Below are positions 49,123 through 59,054 of a stretch of 64,000 nucleotides of DNA, piece after piece. Source of the DNA: Candidatus Poribacteria bacterium (GTDB taxonomy: Bacteria; Poribacteria; WGA-4E; PCPOR2b). A program made the position numbers and the translations under genes. How positions within the stretch are numbered: the first letter of the stretch is position 1; each line of letters starts with the position of its first letter. The notes under the pieces were generated by a model. The model had not been told where the DNA came from, searched no databases, and was given only the letters and a program-made list of their open reading frames with translations. Location of the stretch: assembly GCA_965208675.1 (NCBI GenBank), contig OZ242351.1, forward strand, positions 640,001-704,000, read 5' to 3'.

Positions 49123-49131
49123 TGCTATAAT
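49123..49131 (+). promoter_or_regulatory. Extended -10 promoter element TGCTATAAT
   Basis: In an AT-rich tract ~210 bp upstream of the DUF5069 gene. Confidence 0.5.
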
Positions 49132-49340
49132 GGATTTATTTAGAATCCAGAGCGGTCTGGATGTGCATGTCGTGCAGTCAGCGAATCCTTGCGAGGTTCT
49201 ATCATAACACGAGGAACCTTTGCAAGATTGTTCGTTATTGACCATTAAATTAATTACTTGAAATCGTCCTGAAGTCACTGGCATAAATTTGCGGAGCGGC
49301 GGTTTTCATAGCTAAATAGAAAAGTCAAGGAGAATTGATA

Positions 49341-49781
49341 ATGGCAGGAATTATTCCGACAATCAGTTCAGGCGTTGCGGGGCCGCTAGGTGTAATTCAC
49401 CTTCCACGACTGTGGTCTAAGGTCATCTTGAGCGCCACGGGTCAACTTGCAGATGATTATGATGAATGCGGTATGGGATTCGATCAGATGGTTCTTGATG
49501 GGTTGGGAATTGATCGCGAAGCGGCACTCCAATACCTTAAGGACAACGTTCCGACATACCCGCAATTTGAGAATTGGGTAATCGAACAAAACGGCGGGAG
49601 TATCGATCAGGCGACTATTGATAGTCTGAATGCGGATATCAGAGGCTACAACCACGCTGATGAGACGCGCGAATCAATCCTCGGCGCAGCGGGTATTGAT
49701 GACGATGGTTCAATCCCAGACGCGGTAAATCTCAATAATCTCGACGATTGGACTGAGTTTCACGCTTCATTAACGAGTTAG
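49341..49781 (+). CDS. DUF5069-like protein
   Basis: GPLGVIHLPRLWSK...GFDQMVLDGLGID pattern; AAGGAG RBS. Confidence 0.75.
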   Translation: MAGIIPTISSGVAGPLGVIHLPRLWSKVILSATGQLADDYDECGMGFDQMVLDGLGIDREAALQYLKDNVPTYPQFENWVIEQNGGSIDQATIDSLNADIRGYNHADETRESILGAAGIDDDGSIPDAVNLNNLDDWTEFHASLTS

Positions 49782-49795
49782 CCGCGGCTAAACAA

Positions 49796-49823
49796 GTCGG
49801 GGTTCAGTACGCTGTACCCCGAC
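49796..49823 (+). terminator. 3' hairpin
   Basis: GTCGGGGTTCAG-TACG-CTGTACCCCGAC; no T-run. Confidence 0.45.
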
Positions 49824-50158
49824 ACACCGGTTCATTAGTTGTTATTCGGGTGTCTAATGTAGGAAACTATAAGACTACTCTGGCAGCTTTAATTCCCTCG
49901 GATTGTTGTGTATTATTGATGGTTCTTAACTACTCACATTTTCAGAAAGGCATCACCATTTGGGGACAACAGTCGTTACCGGGAAAGGAGGTACCCGCAT
50001 TTTTCAGGTCCTACCATGAGATGGCAACAATGCATTTCAACTTCGGTTTTAACCTATAAGGATACTGTTGCCATTTTTGTTTCTATACATTGATTTTCCT
50101 GCGGGCAAATTTGACTTAACTGATTGGCTCGATTAGGTGGGACGAATGCGGAGTTATT

Positions 50159-50605
50159 ATGAAATGGAATTTCATTTCGAAAATCTTTGATGGTGCAGTA
50201 GGTATCGAAAGAACATATAACGATTGCGACAAAGCGCTCAAAGAGTTGGGCAAATACAACGAGCGAATTGAGGAAATGCAGGAAAACAGTGAGGATATAA
50301 ATAGTATTCCTGAATCTGAAAAAGCTGCACTAGACGAAATTGTCGACTACGCCATAGAGCGGGCAAAGAAGTTACTTAGCAAAGAATCCGAGCGCAATTG
50401 GCCGGGGGTTTTCAGGGAAATGCACAAAAACCTGGCAAATATGTATTTTGAGCGGGGTGATTACGAGAAAGTGCCGGAAGAATGTGAACAGCTCAGTAAT
50501 TACGGCGAAGTCGGGCGTCAAGAAGCACAGGAAATAATGCAAAAACTGCAAGATAAACAAGCCGAAAACTCCGGCAACGCTGAAGAACAGGTTTCATCAG
50601 TGTAG
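50159..50605 (+). CDS. Hypothetical helical (TPR-like) protein
   Basis: HKNLANMYFERGDYEK TPR-like segment; GGAG RBS; closely spaced to the next gene. Confidence 0.7.
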   Translation: MKWNFISKIFDGAVGIERTYNDCDKALKELGKYNERIEEMQENSEDINSIPESEKAALDEIVDYAIERAKKLLSKESERNWPGVFREMHKNLANMYFERGDYEKVPEECEQLSNYGEVGRQEAQEIMQKLQDKQAENSGNAEEQVSSV

Positions 50606-50608
50606 ATA

Positions 50609-52537
50609 ATGTATTTCCTGAATCCTTCCGCCTTTTATCTCTTGGCGTTCATTCCCATCGTGGCATTTCTGCATTTCCTCAAGCTTCGCCGCCAACGACT
50701 CATCGTGCCGAGTGTGATGCTTTGGCTTGAAGCCGTTGAGGATATGAAGGCGAATGTCCCTTTCCAAAAGTTGCAAAACTCGTTTTTACTACCGTTACAG
50801 ATTCTATTTCTATTAATTGCCATTGCGGGTATTGCACGTCCCGCACTGCGCCAACCCGGTGCCCTGACCGATCAGTCGATTGTTATCATTGATACGTCCA
50901 CCAGTATGCTGGCAACTGATTCCGGAAAAAGCCGGTTTGATGCAGCAAAGACGGAAGCTCTGAAACTCATAAATCTGCTTGATGCGAACGGTAATATGAT
51001 GATTATGGACACTTCCCCTCCATCAAGCAATGTGGTTCAGGCTTTTACGTCAGATAAGGAAAAACTTCGCCTCGAAGTCAAAAACCTTTTCGTACGGCAT
51101 GGCCCGCCAAGCTTAAAGGCTGTATTTGACTCCGCCCAGATTTATGGGAATCTGCCGAACACTCGTGTATTCTTTATTAGTGACAACTGCCGTGACTTGC
51201 CCTCTACGGCACAACAAATGTCGCTGCATTGCCAAGATATTGCGTTGGGCAACTCGATTGAAAATGTCGGAATCGTACGATTTAGCGTAGCACGGGACGC
51301 ACACCGATCGAGTTTGTACCGGATTCTTGTGGTGTTGCAAAATTTTGCAGAATCTCCAAGGCAGGTACAAGTGAGACTTGAAATCGAAGGACGATGGGTC
51401 AATGATGAAACGATTACTATTGGGCCGAGGGAAACGAAATCGAGTGTTTTTATTGAAGAAGACGAGGGGTTTGACGGCCAGACAATCAGCGCCCGCCTCG
51501 TTAATGTTAGCGACGACCTTCCATTTGACGACGCAGCATATGCGATTTTGCAGCCGCCGCCGGAGTGGAAAATACTACTCGTTAGCGACAGAGAACAACC
51601 GTTACTGACGACTATGCTGGACACAAACCCGTACGTGGTGTTTTCGCAGATTCGTACTGGGGATTACCATGGAACAGCAGATTGGGATTTTGTGATTTTC
51701 GATCAGTTCGTACCTAATCTTCCTCTCAACGGGAACGTTATTTACCTGAACCCTGTTGCGGGGTTGCCCTTTATGCCGGCGGAATCCAATGCGCAACCGC
51801 AAAGCGTAATATATCAAAACCAAATCCACCCCGTGATGCGAAATGTCTCGTTGCTTGGCTTGAATGTTAGGGAATCGTTGATTTGCGAAATGCCCATTTG
51901 GGGGATCCCGCTCGCGGAAACAGCAAAGGCCCCGCTGATTTGGCTTGGTACACTGATAGATCGAAGTGAGTTTTCGCACTGGAACAAAACACAAAAGGTG
52001 ATCGTTTTCGCTTTCGACCCGTTTGATCTCGAAATCTCGCGTTTTGCTTTGTACGACCGGTCAATCGCTTCCGCCCCGATTCTGATGACGCAGTGTTTTG
52101 AGTGGCTCGATGCAGCAACGGCACCGATTCAGCCCGATGTTGTCAAGGCAGGCGAGCCTGTAAAAATCCGCCTCGACCATCCTGATACCGTGGAGAAGGT
52201 GACAATTCAATTGCCTGACGAGACATCAATAGATTTGGAGATAGACGATTCAACATTTTTATTTACCGAAACCTACCAAATTGGTGTTTATTTACTATAC
52301 CTCAATGCTCGGCCATGGGGAAAATTTGCTGTAAATCTTCTTGATGCAGAGGAATCAGATTTATCCTTGGGAGGACAACCTCAGGCGGCTGAAGGCGTTG
52401 AGGATGGTGAAACAGCTACTGTGAGCCGATATGAAATGCAAGGCGTCAATCAGGAACTTTGGGGCTTTGCAGCAATTGCCGCGCTGCTGCTGCTCGTCGT
52501 GGAATGGTGGTTTTATCACCGAAACTTGCGACGTTAG
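50609..52537 (+). CDS. BatA-domain / von Willebrand factor A membrane protein
   Basis: MYFLNP...HFLKLRR BatA N-terminus, DTSTSM MIDAS, ISD, C-terminal LLLVVEWW TM. Confidence 0.9.
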   Translation: MYFLNPSAFYLLAFIPIVAFLHFLKLRRQRLIVPSVMLWLEAVEDMKANVPFQKLQNSFLLPLQILFLLIAIAGIARPALRQPGALTDQSIVIIDTSTSMLATDSGKSRFDAAKTEALKLINLLDANGNMMIMDTSPPSSNVVQAFTSDKEKLRLEVKNLFVRHGPPSLKAVFDSAQIYGNLPNTRVFFISDNCRDLPSTAQQMSLHCQDIALGNSIENVGIVRFSVARDAHRSSLYRILVVLQNFAESPRQVQVRLEIEGRWVNDETITIGPRETKSSVFIEEDEGFDGQTISARLVNVSDDLPFDDAAYAILQPPPEWKILLVSDREQPLLTTMLDTNPYVVFSQIRTGDYHGTADWDFVIFDQFVPNLPLNGNVIYLNPVAGLPFMPAESNAQPQSVIYQNQIHPVMRNVSLLGLNVRESLICEMPIWGIPLAETAKAPLIWLGTLIDRSEFSHWNKTQKVIVFAFDPFDLEISRFALYDRSIASAPILMTQCFEWLDAATAPIQPDVVKAGEPVKIRLDHPDTVEKVTIQLPDETSIDLEIDDSTFLFTETYQIGVYLLYLNARPWGKFAVNLLDAEESDLSLGGQPQAAEGVEDGETATVSRYEMQGVNQELWGFAAIAALLLLVVEWWFYHRNLRR

Positions 52538-52632
52538 CACAACTTGTCCCTCCGTTGGATGTTGGTATTCATCTAAGCCTATTCGACATTGGAATTCTAG
52601 TAATTGAGGCAGCACTAGGTACATCACGCCTA

Positions 52633-53268
52633 ATGAAATCCAAGGAATCAAACCGCGGACTCATTGTTGGTGTCACGGGCGGTATCGCTTGCGGCAAATC
52701 GACGGTCTCTCAACTGCTTGCTGAAAAAGGCGCCATCCCCATCAATGTGGATGAGATTGGCCACCAGTTGCTCAGACGCGGCAGCCCAGTCATAAACGAA
52801 CTCATTGAGAATTTTGGGTTTGGCATTGTCGGCGAATCCGGTAATGTCAGCCGCAAAAAGCTAGGCGAAATTGTATTCAGCGATACGCACGCACGCGAGC
52901 GGCTGAACGGCATCTTACACCCGCTAATCATACAGCAATCGCGCGCTGAAGCAAGACGGCTTGCAGCAGAATCTCCAAGTTGTGTTGTCCTAATCGATGC
53001 ACCGCTACTCATTGAGGCAGGTGCGCAAGACACAGTAGACTTTATTGTTGTGGTCACAGTTTCCCCGGAGATCCAGCTCGAACGACTGTTGAATCGAAGC
53101 GCGGCTGAAAACAGATTACTTAACCGAGCTGACGCACAGGCGAGAATTGATGCACAGATGCCATTATCCGAAAAAATAAAATTTGCCGATTTTGTTATTG
53201 AGAACAACGGTACGATCGACGCGTTGCGGCAAAAGGCAAATACGTTGTGGTTGATGCTCAGTAGATAG
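52633..53268 (+). CDS. coaE: Dephospho-CoA kinase
   Basis: GVTGGIACGKSTV, ILHPLI, DAPLLIE, RIDAQMP, ADFVIEN. Confidence 0.95.
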   Translation: MKSKESNRGLIVGVTGGIACGKSTVSQLLAEKGAIPINVDEIGHQLLRRGSPVINELIENFGFGIVGESGNVSRKKLGEIVFSDTHARERLNGILHPLIIQQSRAEARRLAAESPSCVVLIDAPLLIEAGAQDTVDFIVVVTVSPEIQLERLLNRSAAENRLLNRADAQARIDAQMPLSEKIKFADFVIENNGTIDALRQKANTLWLMLSR

Positions 53269-53506
53269 CCGCCTTATTTTTCAGCACGGGAATGTACTCT
53301 CTTCAACTTTTCTCTGCTTAAACTGCGCCAACACCGTCTTCGAACGGGTTGCATCTGTCAGTAACATCGCATTTTGCTGTTCAGGCACCGGGTTCAGTGT
53401 ATGTTACGAACTTTTCGGACATAGCGTCCCTTTTCGCGCGGGAAGACTTCTTTGGCGAAGGCAATATTGAGCACACTCCGTACTGGGTGAACAGCGGGGG
53501 TTAAAC

Positions 53507-55075
53507 ATGAGGCATCGGTCCACAAGTGAGATTTATGATGCAATTGTCATCGGCAGCGGTTTTGGCGGATCGATGGTTGCGCACAGTTTGGTTCATGCCG
53601 GATTAAATGTGCTGATGCTTGAGCGCGGCGATTGGGTGCCGCGCAGCCCGCAGAATTGGGAGCCCAACGGCACCGTATATTTTACTCCATTCTACACAGA
53701 CGAAACACCATATCGTGTGTTAACCGATGGTACGAGCGATGTAATGGGTGCGTATAGTTGCGTTGGCGGGCCTTCGGTGTTCTATGGCGGTGTATCGATG
53801 CGCTTTCGTGAGGCCGACTTCGACGCGTCCCCTGAAATCGTCGGCAACTCGGATGCGCGGTGGCCATACTCTTATGCTGACTTGGAACCCTATTACACAC
53901 GCGCTGAACAGATATTAGACGTTGCCGGTGAAGTTGGGCGAGATCCAACCGAACCGGCACGAAGCGCGCCATATCCGCAGGCGCTTGATAAGCTTTCGTA
54001 CACCTCGCGTCTTATTGAACAAGCATCGACCGATCTTAGATTAAACCCGTTTCGCCTCGCTTTGGCGATTAACTACTCTGCTGACGGAAATCGACAGCGG
54101 TGTATTTCTTGTACTACATGTGACACGTTCGCCTGCGCAATTCAAGCAAAAAATGACTTGGCAACCTGTGTCCTGCCAGATTTGATAGAAAAGGGGCTTG
54201 ACCTTAAGCCAAACGTGGTTGTGACTCGGTTGGTTCGTGATGGAAATCGGCTAGTCGCACTTGAATGCTACGACAAGCAGACAGATGAAAAACACCATTA
54301 CCGCGCTCAATTTTTCATTCTTTCTGCGGGCGCCCTAGGGTCGCCGCATTTAATACTCGCGTCTGAGCTAAACCGTGTTAATCCTGGCGGCCACACCATT
54401 GGCCGTTATCTGATGCGCCACTGCAGCGCCATTGTGTTTGGGTTCTTTCCGTCCCGCCCCAACAAGGCGGAGCAGTTCCACAAACAGATTGGCATTCACG
54501 ATTTCTATTTCGGGCACCCGAACATAAAAAGCCCCTACGGCAAATTGGGGAGTATCCAGCAGTTGCAAACACCGCCCGTGGGGTTGGTTAAAGAGGCTTT
54601 GCCAACACCACTCGGCCACATTCTAAGCATAGGTGTTAACCATCTGACCGGACTTCTGGTTATGGCGGAGGATAAACCCCAATACAAAAACCAAGTCACT
54701 ATCAACCGGCGTCGAATGGATCGCTTTGGCCTCCCGCAGTTACTTGTTACCCACGGCTATGCTAACAGGGATAGCGCTGCCCGTGACACACTTATCCGGA
54801 GCGCGAAGCAAATTTTCCGAAAAGCTGGCGCGTGGTTCTGTTACGTTCACAAAATCAATACCTTCTCTCACGCTGTCGGCACTGTCCGCATGGGAATCGC
54901 ACCTCATGTATCTGCCCTTGGCACGTACTGCCAATTTCGCGGTGTTAGTAATTTGTACGTCGTGGACGGCAGTTTCATGCCCACGTCGGCAGGTTTGAAC
55001 CCAAGCTTGACTATAGCCGCCAATGCCTTACGCGTTGGCGATCATATCACAGGCATTTCTTCTGAGACAACCTGA
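53507..55075 (+). CDS. GMC family FAD oxidoreductase
   Basis: IGSGFGG, LERG, VGGPSVFYG, CISCTTC, HAVGTVRMG, NPSLTIAANALR. Confidence 0.92.
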   Translation: MRHRSTSEIYDAIVIGSGFGGSMVAHSLVHAGLNVLMLERGDWVPRSPQNWEPNGTVYFTPFYTDETPYRVLTDGTSDVMGAYSCVGGPSVFYGGVSMRFREADFDASPEIVGNSDARWPYSYADLEPYYTRAEQILDVAGEVGRDPTEPARSAPYPQALDKLSYTSRLIEQASTDLRLNPFRLALAINYSADGNRQRCISCTTCDTFACAIQAKNDLATCVLPDLIEKGLDLKPNVVVTRLVRDGNRLVALECYDKQTDEKHHYRAQFFILSAGALGSPHLILASELNRVNPGGHTIGRYLMRHCSAIVFGFFPSRPNKAEQFHKQIGIHDFYFGHPNIKSPYGKLGSIQQLQTPPVGLVKEALPTPLGHILSIGVNHLTGLLVMAEDKPQYKNQVTINRRRMDRFGLPQLLVTHGYANRDSAARDTLIRSAKQIFRKAGAWFCYVHKINTFSHAVGTVRMGIAPHVSALGTYCQFRGVSNLYVVDGSFMPTSAGLNPSLTIAANALRVGDHITGISSETT

Positions 55076-55079
55076 CACC

Positions 55080-56051
55080 ATGGCACCAGATAAAGATTCG
55101 TCGGCGAGACTGAACCTGGCTTTTTTGGGATGCGGCTTTGCAACGCGGCTCCATAGTAAGACACTGTCGGGTTTCAAACACGATTTTCGGAGGTTTTACG
55201 CCAGCCGCGATGGTAAAAAGGCAGATTTTTATAACCGGCGATACAAAGGGAACGGTTTCTTTGGTTCGTATGAAGCAGCCATTGCAGATGAAAGGATCCA
55301 GGTGGTTCTTGTTGCAACCCCACCGGCTTTACACCTGGACCTTACGTTAACAGCCATGCGCGCGGGAAAGCATGTCATCGTGGAAAAACCTGCATTTCTA
55401 CACGCCGCTGAATTTACGGGTGTCCGCCAAGCACAAGCCGCGACGAAACGACGCGTCTTTGTGGCGGAGAATTACTTTTACAAGCCTCTCGCCGTCAAGC
55501 TTCGAGAACTAATCTTATCTGGGATTATTGGAGATGCGCTTTTCGTGCACGTTAATGCGCTCAAGCACCAAGCGGCCAACGGTTGGCGCAGCGATGCTGA
55601 ATTAGCCGGAGGCGGAGCTATGTTCGAAGGGGGAATCCACTGGATTAACTTTGCCGCCAATTTAGGGTTAACAGTGGAGGCCGTTCGCGGATTTCGCGCA
55701 GGGGTGCGGGAAGGGTTGGACAAGAGTATGCTTGTTGCCATTAAATACGCCGAAGGAGCGGTTGGAGCGCTGCATTATTCTTGGGAAATTCCGTCGTTAT
55801 TTAAAGGGTTGCGATTATCTAGAATATTTGGCCGTAAAGGATCTATCACGTTCGAATCCAACGGGCTGTTCATCGCCGTCAACGGCGCGCGAAAACGTCT
55901 TATCATTCCCAACCTCACCGATATCGCAGGCTACAAGGCCATGTTCCGGGATTTTTCTTACGCCATAAGAAACGGGAAGGAAGCTCAAATGAATCTTGAC
56001 TTGGCGGAGAGAGATTGCGCCCTAATTGATACAATCTGCAAATCAATATGA
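55080..56051 (+). CDS. Gfo/Idh/MocA family oxidoreductase
   Basis: GCGFA, VATPPALH, KHVIVEKP, GGGAMFEGGIHW. Confidence 0.9.
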   Translation: MAPDKDSSARLNLAFLGCGFATRLHSKTLSGFKHDFRRFYASRDGKKADFYNRRYKGNGFFGSYEAAIADERIQVVLVATPPALHLDLTLTAMRAGKHVIVEKPAFLHAAEFTGVRQAQAATKRRVFVAENYFYKPLAVKLRELILSGIIGDALFVHVNALKHQAANGWRSDAELAGGGAMFEGGIHWINFAANLGLTVEAVRGFRAGVREGLDKSMLVAIKYAEGAVGALHYSWEIPSLFKGLRLSRIFGRKGSITFESNGLFIAVNGARKRLIIPNLTDIAGYKAMFRDFSYAIRNGKEAQMNLDLAERDCALIDTICKSI

Positions 56052-56159
56052 TGCGTAAATTTAACATTGTTTATGTTTTACTACAAATGGCACGTTAGAA
56101 ACAACGACTACACTTGCCAATAGAGTTTAGTTTATAAATCGGAGGCAAATTTACTGACT

Positions 56160-56981
56160 ATGAATTTACTAACCGCGCTGGTAATCGGCTTGATGGCAGG
56201 TGCGCATTCCGCAACCTGGGGAATGTATAAGGATGCCATCTACGAGGGTTTCACATACAGGAAATATTTCCGAAGTATCATATTAAGCGGCCTCATCGCC
56301 ATCGTTTTTGAGCGCGTTACAAATCTCGACGTAGTGCAGCCGGCGAATATGGTTATCCTCTACGGCATGACCTATGTCATCGAACGCGGAATTCTTGAAT
56401 TCTACAAGACGTTCCTGAGAGAAGAGGACCAATCCAAGTATTTCATTCCGATGCAGTTTCATGTGGGGGGGAAAGTTGTACACAGCCAGTGGCGGCGATG
56501 GTTGACGGGTGGGGCTTACGCAATTGGTGTTGCCTTAGCTATTATGGGTATCATGGCTTTGCAGGACGTGAGTTTAAATCTTCCTAGCGTGGTCATCGTC
56601 CTATTAATAGGCAGTGTCGGCGGGTGGATTTCAGCTTTTGGCGGCGCCTGGAAAGATGCGCCGTTGGAAGGTTTTGAATGGCTTAAATTTTTCCGCAGCC
56701 CAGTTATTGCATCTCTATATGCGCTGCTCATCGCCTGTTTTACGAACGACTACCTGTATATCTCTATGGGTGCGCTCGGTTACACGGTCGGTACTATCGA
56801 AACCTACAAGACCTTCTTTTTCCCAAACAAGCCCCGCGGAAAATTCGCGGGAAAAACAATACAATTCCCTGAGATGCTTAAAAAGAGATACAATTTTGTG
56901 CCCCTATTCGTGGCTATCTGGTTAGCCGTAATCACAACCTGTGTTATTGCGTTAATCCAGCCCAGAACTGGACTCATTTGA
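56160..56981 (+). CDS. Integral membrane protein with internal duplication
   Basis: Repeated GxxKDAxxEGFxxxKxFRS and ExYKTF motifs; multiple TM segments; GGAGG RBS. Confidence 0.8.
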   Translation: MNLLTALVIGLMAGAHSATWGMYKDAIYEGFTYRKYFRSIILSGLIAIVFERVTNLDVVQPANMVILYGMTYVIERGILEFYKTFLREEDQSKYFIPMQFHVGGKVVHSQWRRWLTGGAYAIGVALAIMGIMALQDVSLNLPSVVIVLLIGSVGGWISAFGGAWKDAPLEGFEWLKFFRSPVIASLYALLIACFTNDYLYISMGALGYTVGTIETYKTFFFPNKPRGKFAGKTIQFPEMLKKRYNFVPLFVAIWLAVITTCVIALIQPRTGLI

Positions 56982-57122
56982 GTCAGGCGATGCCTATCAG
57001 AATTTGTTTGTTGCGCGGGTGATTCAGTTTTTGGTTAACGTCCTCCTGAAAAAAAACGCCTAATTATAACAAGTCAACTGGAAATGACCATTGGGAATCA
57101 AGGTGTGCGGCGGTGTATGCTG

Positions 57123-58541
57123 CTACTTGGCTATAGACGGAATGCGTTTCCATAACCCTGTCGCTTGTTCAAAGGCGTGAGCCAGTTGCAGCACGCCAAA
57201 GTCATCTTGGTGCCGCCCTACAATCTGCACGCCCACTGGCAAGCCTTCCGGTGTGAATCCACATGGAACAGAGATGGCGGGCAGACCCGTAACGGTTACA
57301 TAATAGCATGATTTCATCCAGTCAATGTAGGTTTCCATTTTAACACCGCCAATTTCTGTTACATATCGTTGTGTCACGTCAAACGGCGGTACTTGGTTCA
57401 CAGGGAGAATCAGAAACTCGTAGGTATCCATGAATTGCCGAACGCGGTGATAAATCTCAGTCTGTTTAAGTTCGGCCCATCCAATTTGCGGGCCGCTCAA
57501 CTTCTTCCCTTCTTCGGTATTCCAGACGATTGTGTCCTTCAATTGGCCGCGGTGGGTTTTCAGCAAGCCGCTATAGGCAAGTTCAAAGCGCCACGCCCGC
57601 CATATCTTGAAGACTTCATCCGCATCGGTGAAATCGGGTTCACCATCTTCGACTACGCAGCCCAAGTCTTCAAACACGCTGCGCTGACAATTAATCGCGT
57701 ATGCTACGCGTGCATCTATTGGCAGCCCGCCAAAATCATTGCCCCAGGCGATGCGCACGCCCGAAAAATCGCGTGCTAAGGGACGAGCAAACCGACTGCC
57801 CGGCTCAGCGACGGCGATTGGCGATCGCGCATCCGGCCCGGCGACAGCGCTCAATACAAGTGCAGCATCTTCGACTGTTCTTGCCATTGGCCCTTGTACT
57901 GTAATTGGGAACCAGCCTGTTAAGTTGGGCCAAATTGGCACTCTGCCGGGGGAGGTGCGAAAACCAACGACATTACAGAAGTTGCCCGGAATTCGCAACG
58001 AGCCGCCCATGTCGCTGCCGTCCGCGATTGGAAGCATCCTGCACGCTAACGCCGCGGCTGCGCCACCGCTGCTACCGCCGCAGGTCTTTGAGGTGTCGTA
58101 GGGGTTTAGCGTTTCTCCGAACACTTCGTTATAGGTCTGTGCTCCTGCGCCGAATTCGGGAGTGTTAGTTTTACCGATGGTGATTGATCCGGCTCTCTTC
58201 AACCGCTCCACAATCAGCGCGTCCTCGTCCGGAACAAAATCCTTAAAAATGGGAGATCCGAAACTTGTGCGGATACCTTGAGTTTCAAATAGATCTTTAT
58301 GCGCTATCGGTAGTCCATGCAATTCGCCCGCCGTTTCACCGCGTGCCAGTGCCTCATCGGCGGCGATAGCCTGTTCAATCGCTTGTTCGGGCAACAAAGT
58401 AACTATCGCGTTTACTTTAGGGTTAACACGCTCAATTTGCGCTAAATGGGCTTCCATCACCTCTTTGGCCGATACATCTCTTGCCCGAATACGGCGGCAC
58501 AACTCGGAGGCTGTCATAAAGCAAATGTCTTGGTGGGGCAT
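57123..58541 (-). CDS. Amidase (amidase signature family)
   Basis: HKDL, GKTNTPEFG, GGSSGG, GSDMGGSLR, GLPVGVQIVG. Confidence 0.95.
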   Translation of the reverse strand: MPHQDICFMTASELCRRIRARDVSAKEVMEAHLAQIERVNPKVNAIVTLLPEQAIEQAIAADEALARGETAGELHGLPIAHKDLFETQGIRTSFGSPIFKDFVPDEDALIVERLKRAGSITIGKTNTPEFGAGAQTYNEVFGETLNPYDTSKTCGGSSGGAAAALACRMLPIADGSDMGGSLRIPGNFCNVVGFRTSPGRVPIWPNLTGWFPITVQGPMARTVEDAALVLSAVAGPDARSPIAVAEPGSRFARPLARDFSGVRIAWGNDFGGLPIDARVAYAINCQRSVFEDLGCVVEDGEPDFTDADEVFKIWRAWRFELAYSGLLKTHRGQLKDTIVWNTEEGKKLSGPQIGWAELKQTEIYHRVRQFMDTYEFLILPVNQVPPFDVTQRYVTEIGGVKMETYIDWMKSCYYVTVTGLPAISVPCGFTPEGLPVGVQIVGRHQDDFGVLQLAHAFEQATGLWKRIPSIAK

Positions 58542-58772
58542 GGTGTTTTCGTTTCACTCTCACGATTATTCAATTTACAGATTTCAAGACTAAACCTCGC
58601 CGCATCGCGTGAGGCAGGTTCGAAACATCCTCAATAGGCTGCTAGTTGTCCGGCACACACCTAGTTCTGCGGTAGCTTAGCAGAAGTCATTATACCCGTC
58701 AACCCAAATCACTCCGATTGCCGTGACACTAAGCGGAGTGTTAATGATACGACTTCGGCGGATAAATTAATC

Positions 58773-58801
58773 TTGATATACATTGGGCGTTGTGATAAAA
58801 T
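58773..58801 (+). promoter_or_regulatory. Putative sigma70 promoter for metG (TTGATA-17-TAAAAT, extended -10)
   Basis: TTGATA tacattgggcgttg TGa TAAAAT. Confidence 0.55.
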
Positions 58802-58995
58802 AGTAGGGTTAAGGAAAATCATTAATTTGCAGGTTGGTTAACAAGTTAATCACGCAATCTCAATCCGGATTATTCTCAATGAAGCGCTTTGCCTTTCTTT
58901 CCAATATGTGCATGTCCATGTGTTGAAGTTAAAGTGATAGCGGGCGTGCCACAAATTGACTTGGGATTAGCTGTAACATTTTCTTTGTAGAATCG

Positions 58996-59028
58996 CCTAT
59001 TATCACCGCGGTGATAATAGGTTTTTTT
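58996..59028 (+). promoter_or_regulatory. Perfect 26-bp palindrome plus T7 upstream of metG (terminator/attenuator or operator)
   Basis: CCTATTATCACCGCGGTGATAATAGG-TTTTTTT. Confidence 0.65.
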
Positions 59029-59054
59029 GTTTCAGTCGAAAGGTACACAGGTTC

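Noticed and set aside
49280-49295. Sigma54-like TGGCATAAATTTGC
   Set aside because: GG-to-GC spacing is 9 rather than the required 10
58808-59028. T-box or SAM-I riboswitch before metG
   Set aside because: Consensus elements were not found; retained only as an unexplained leader
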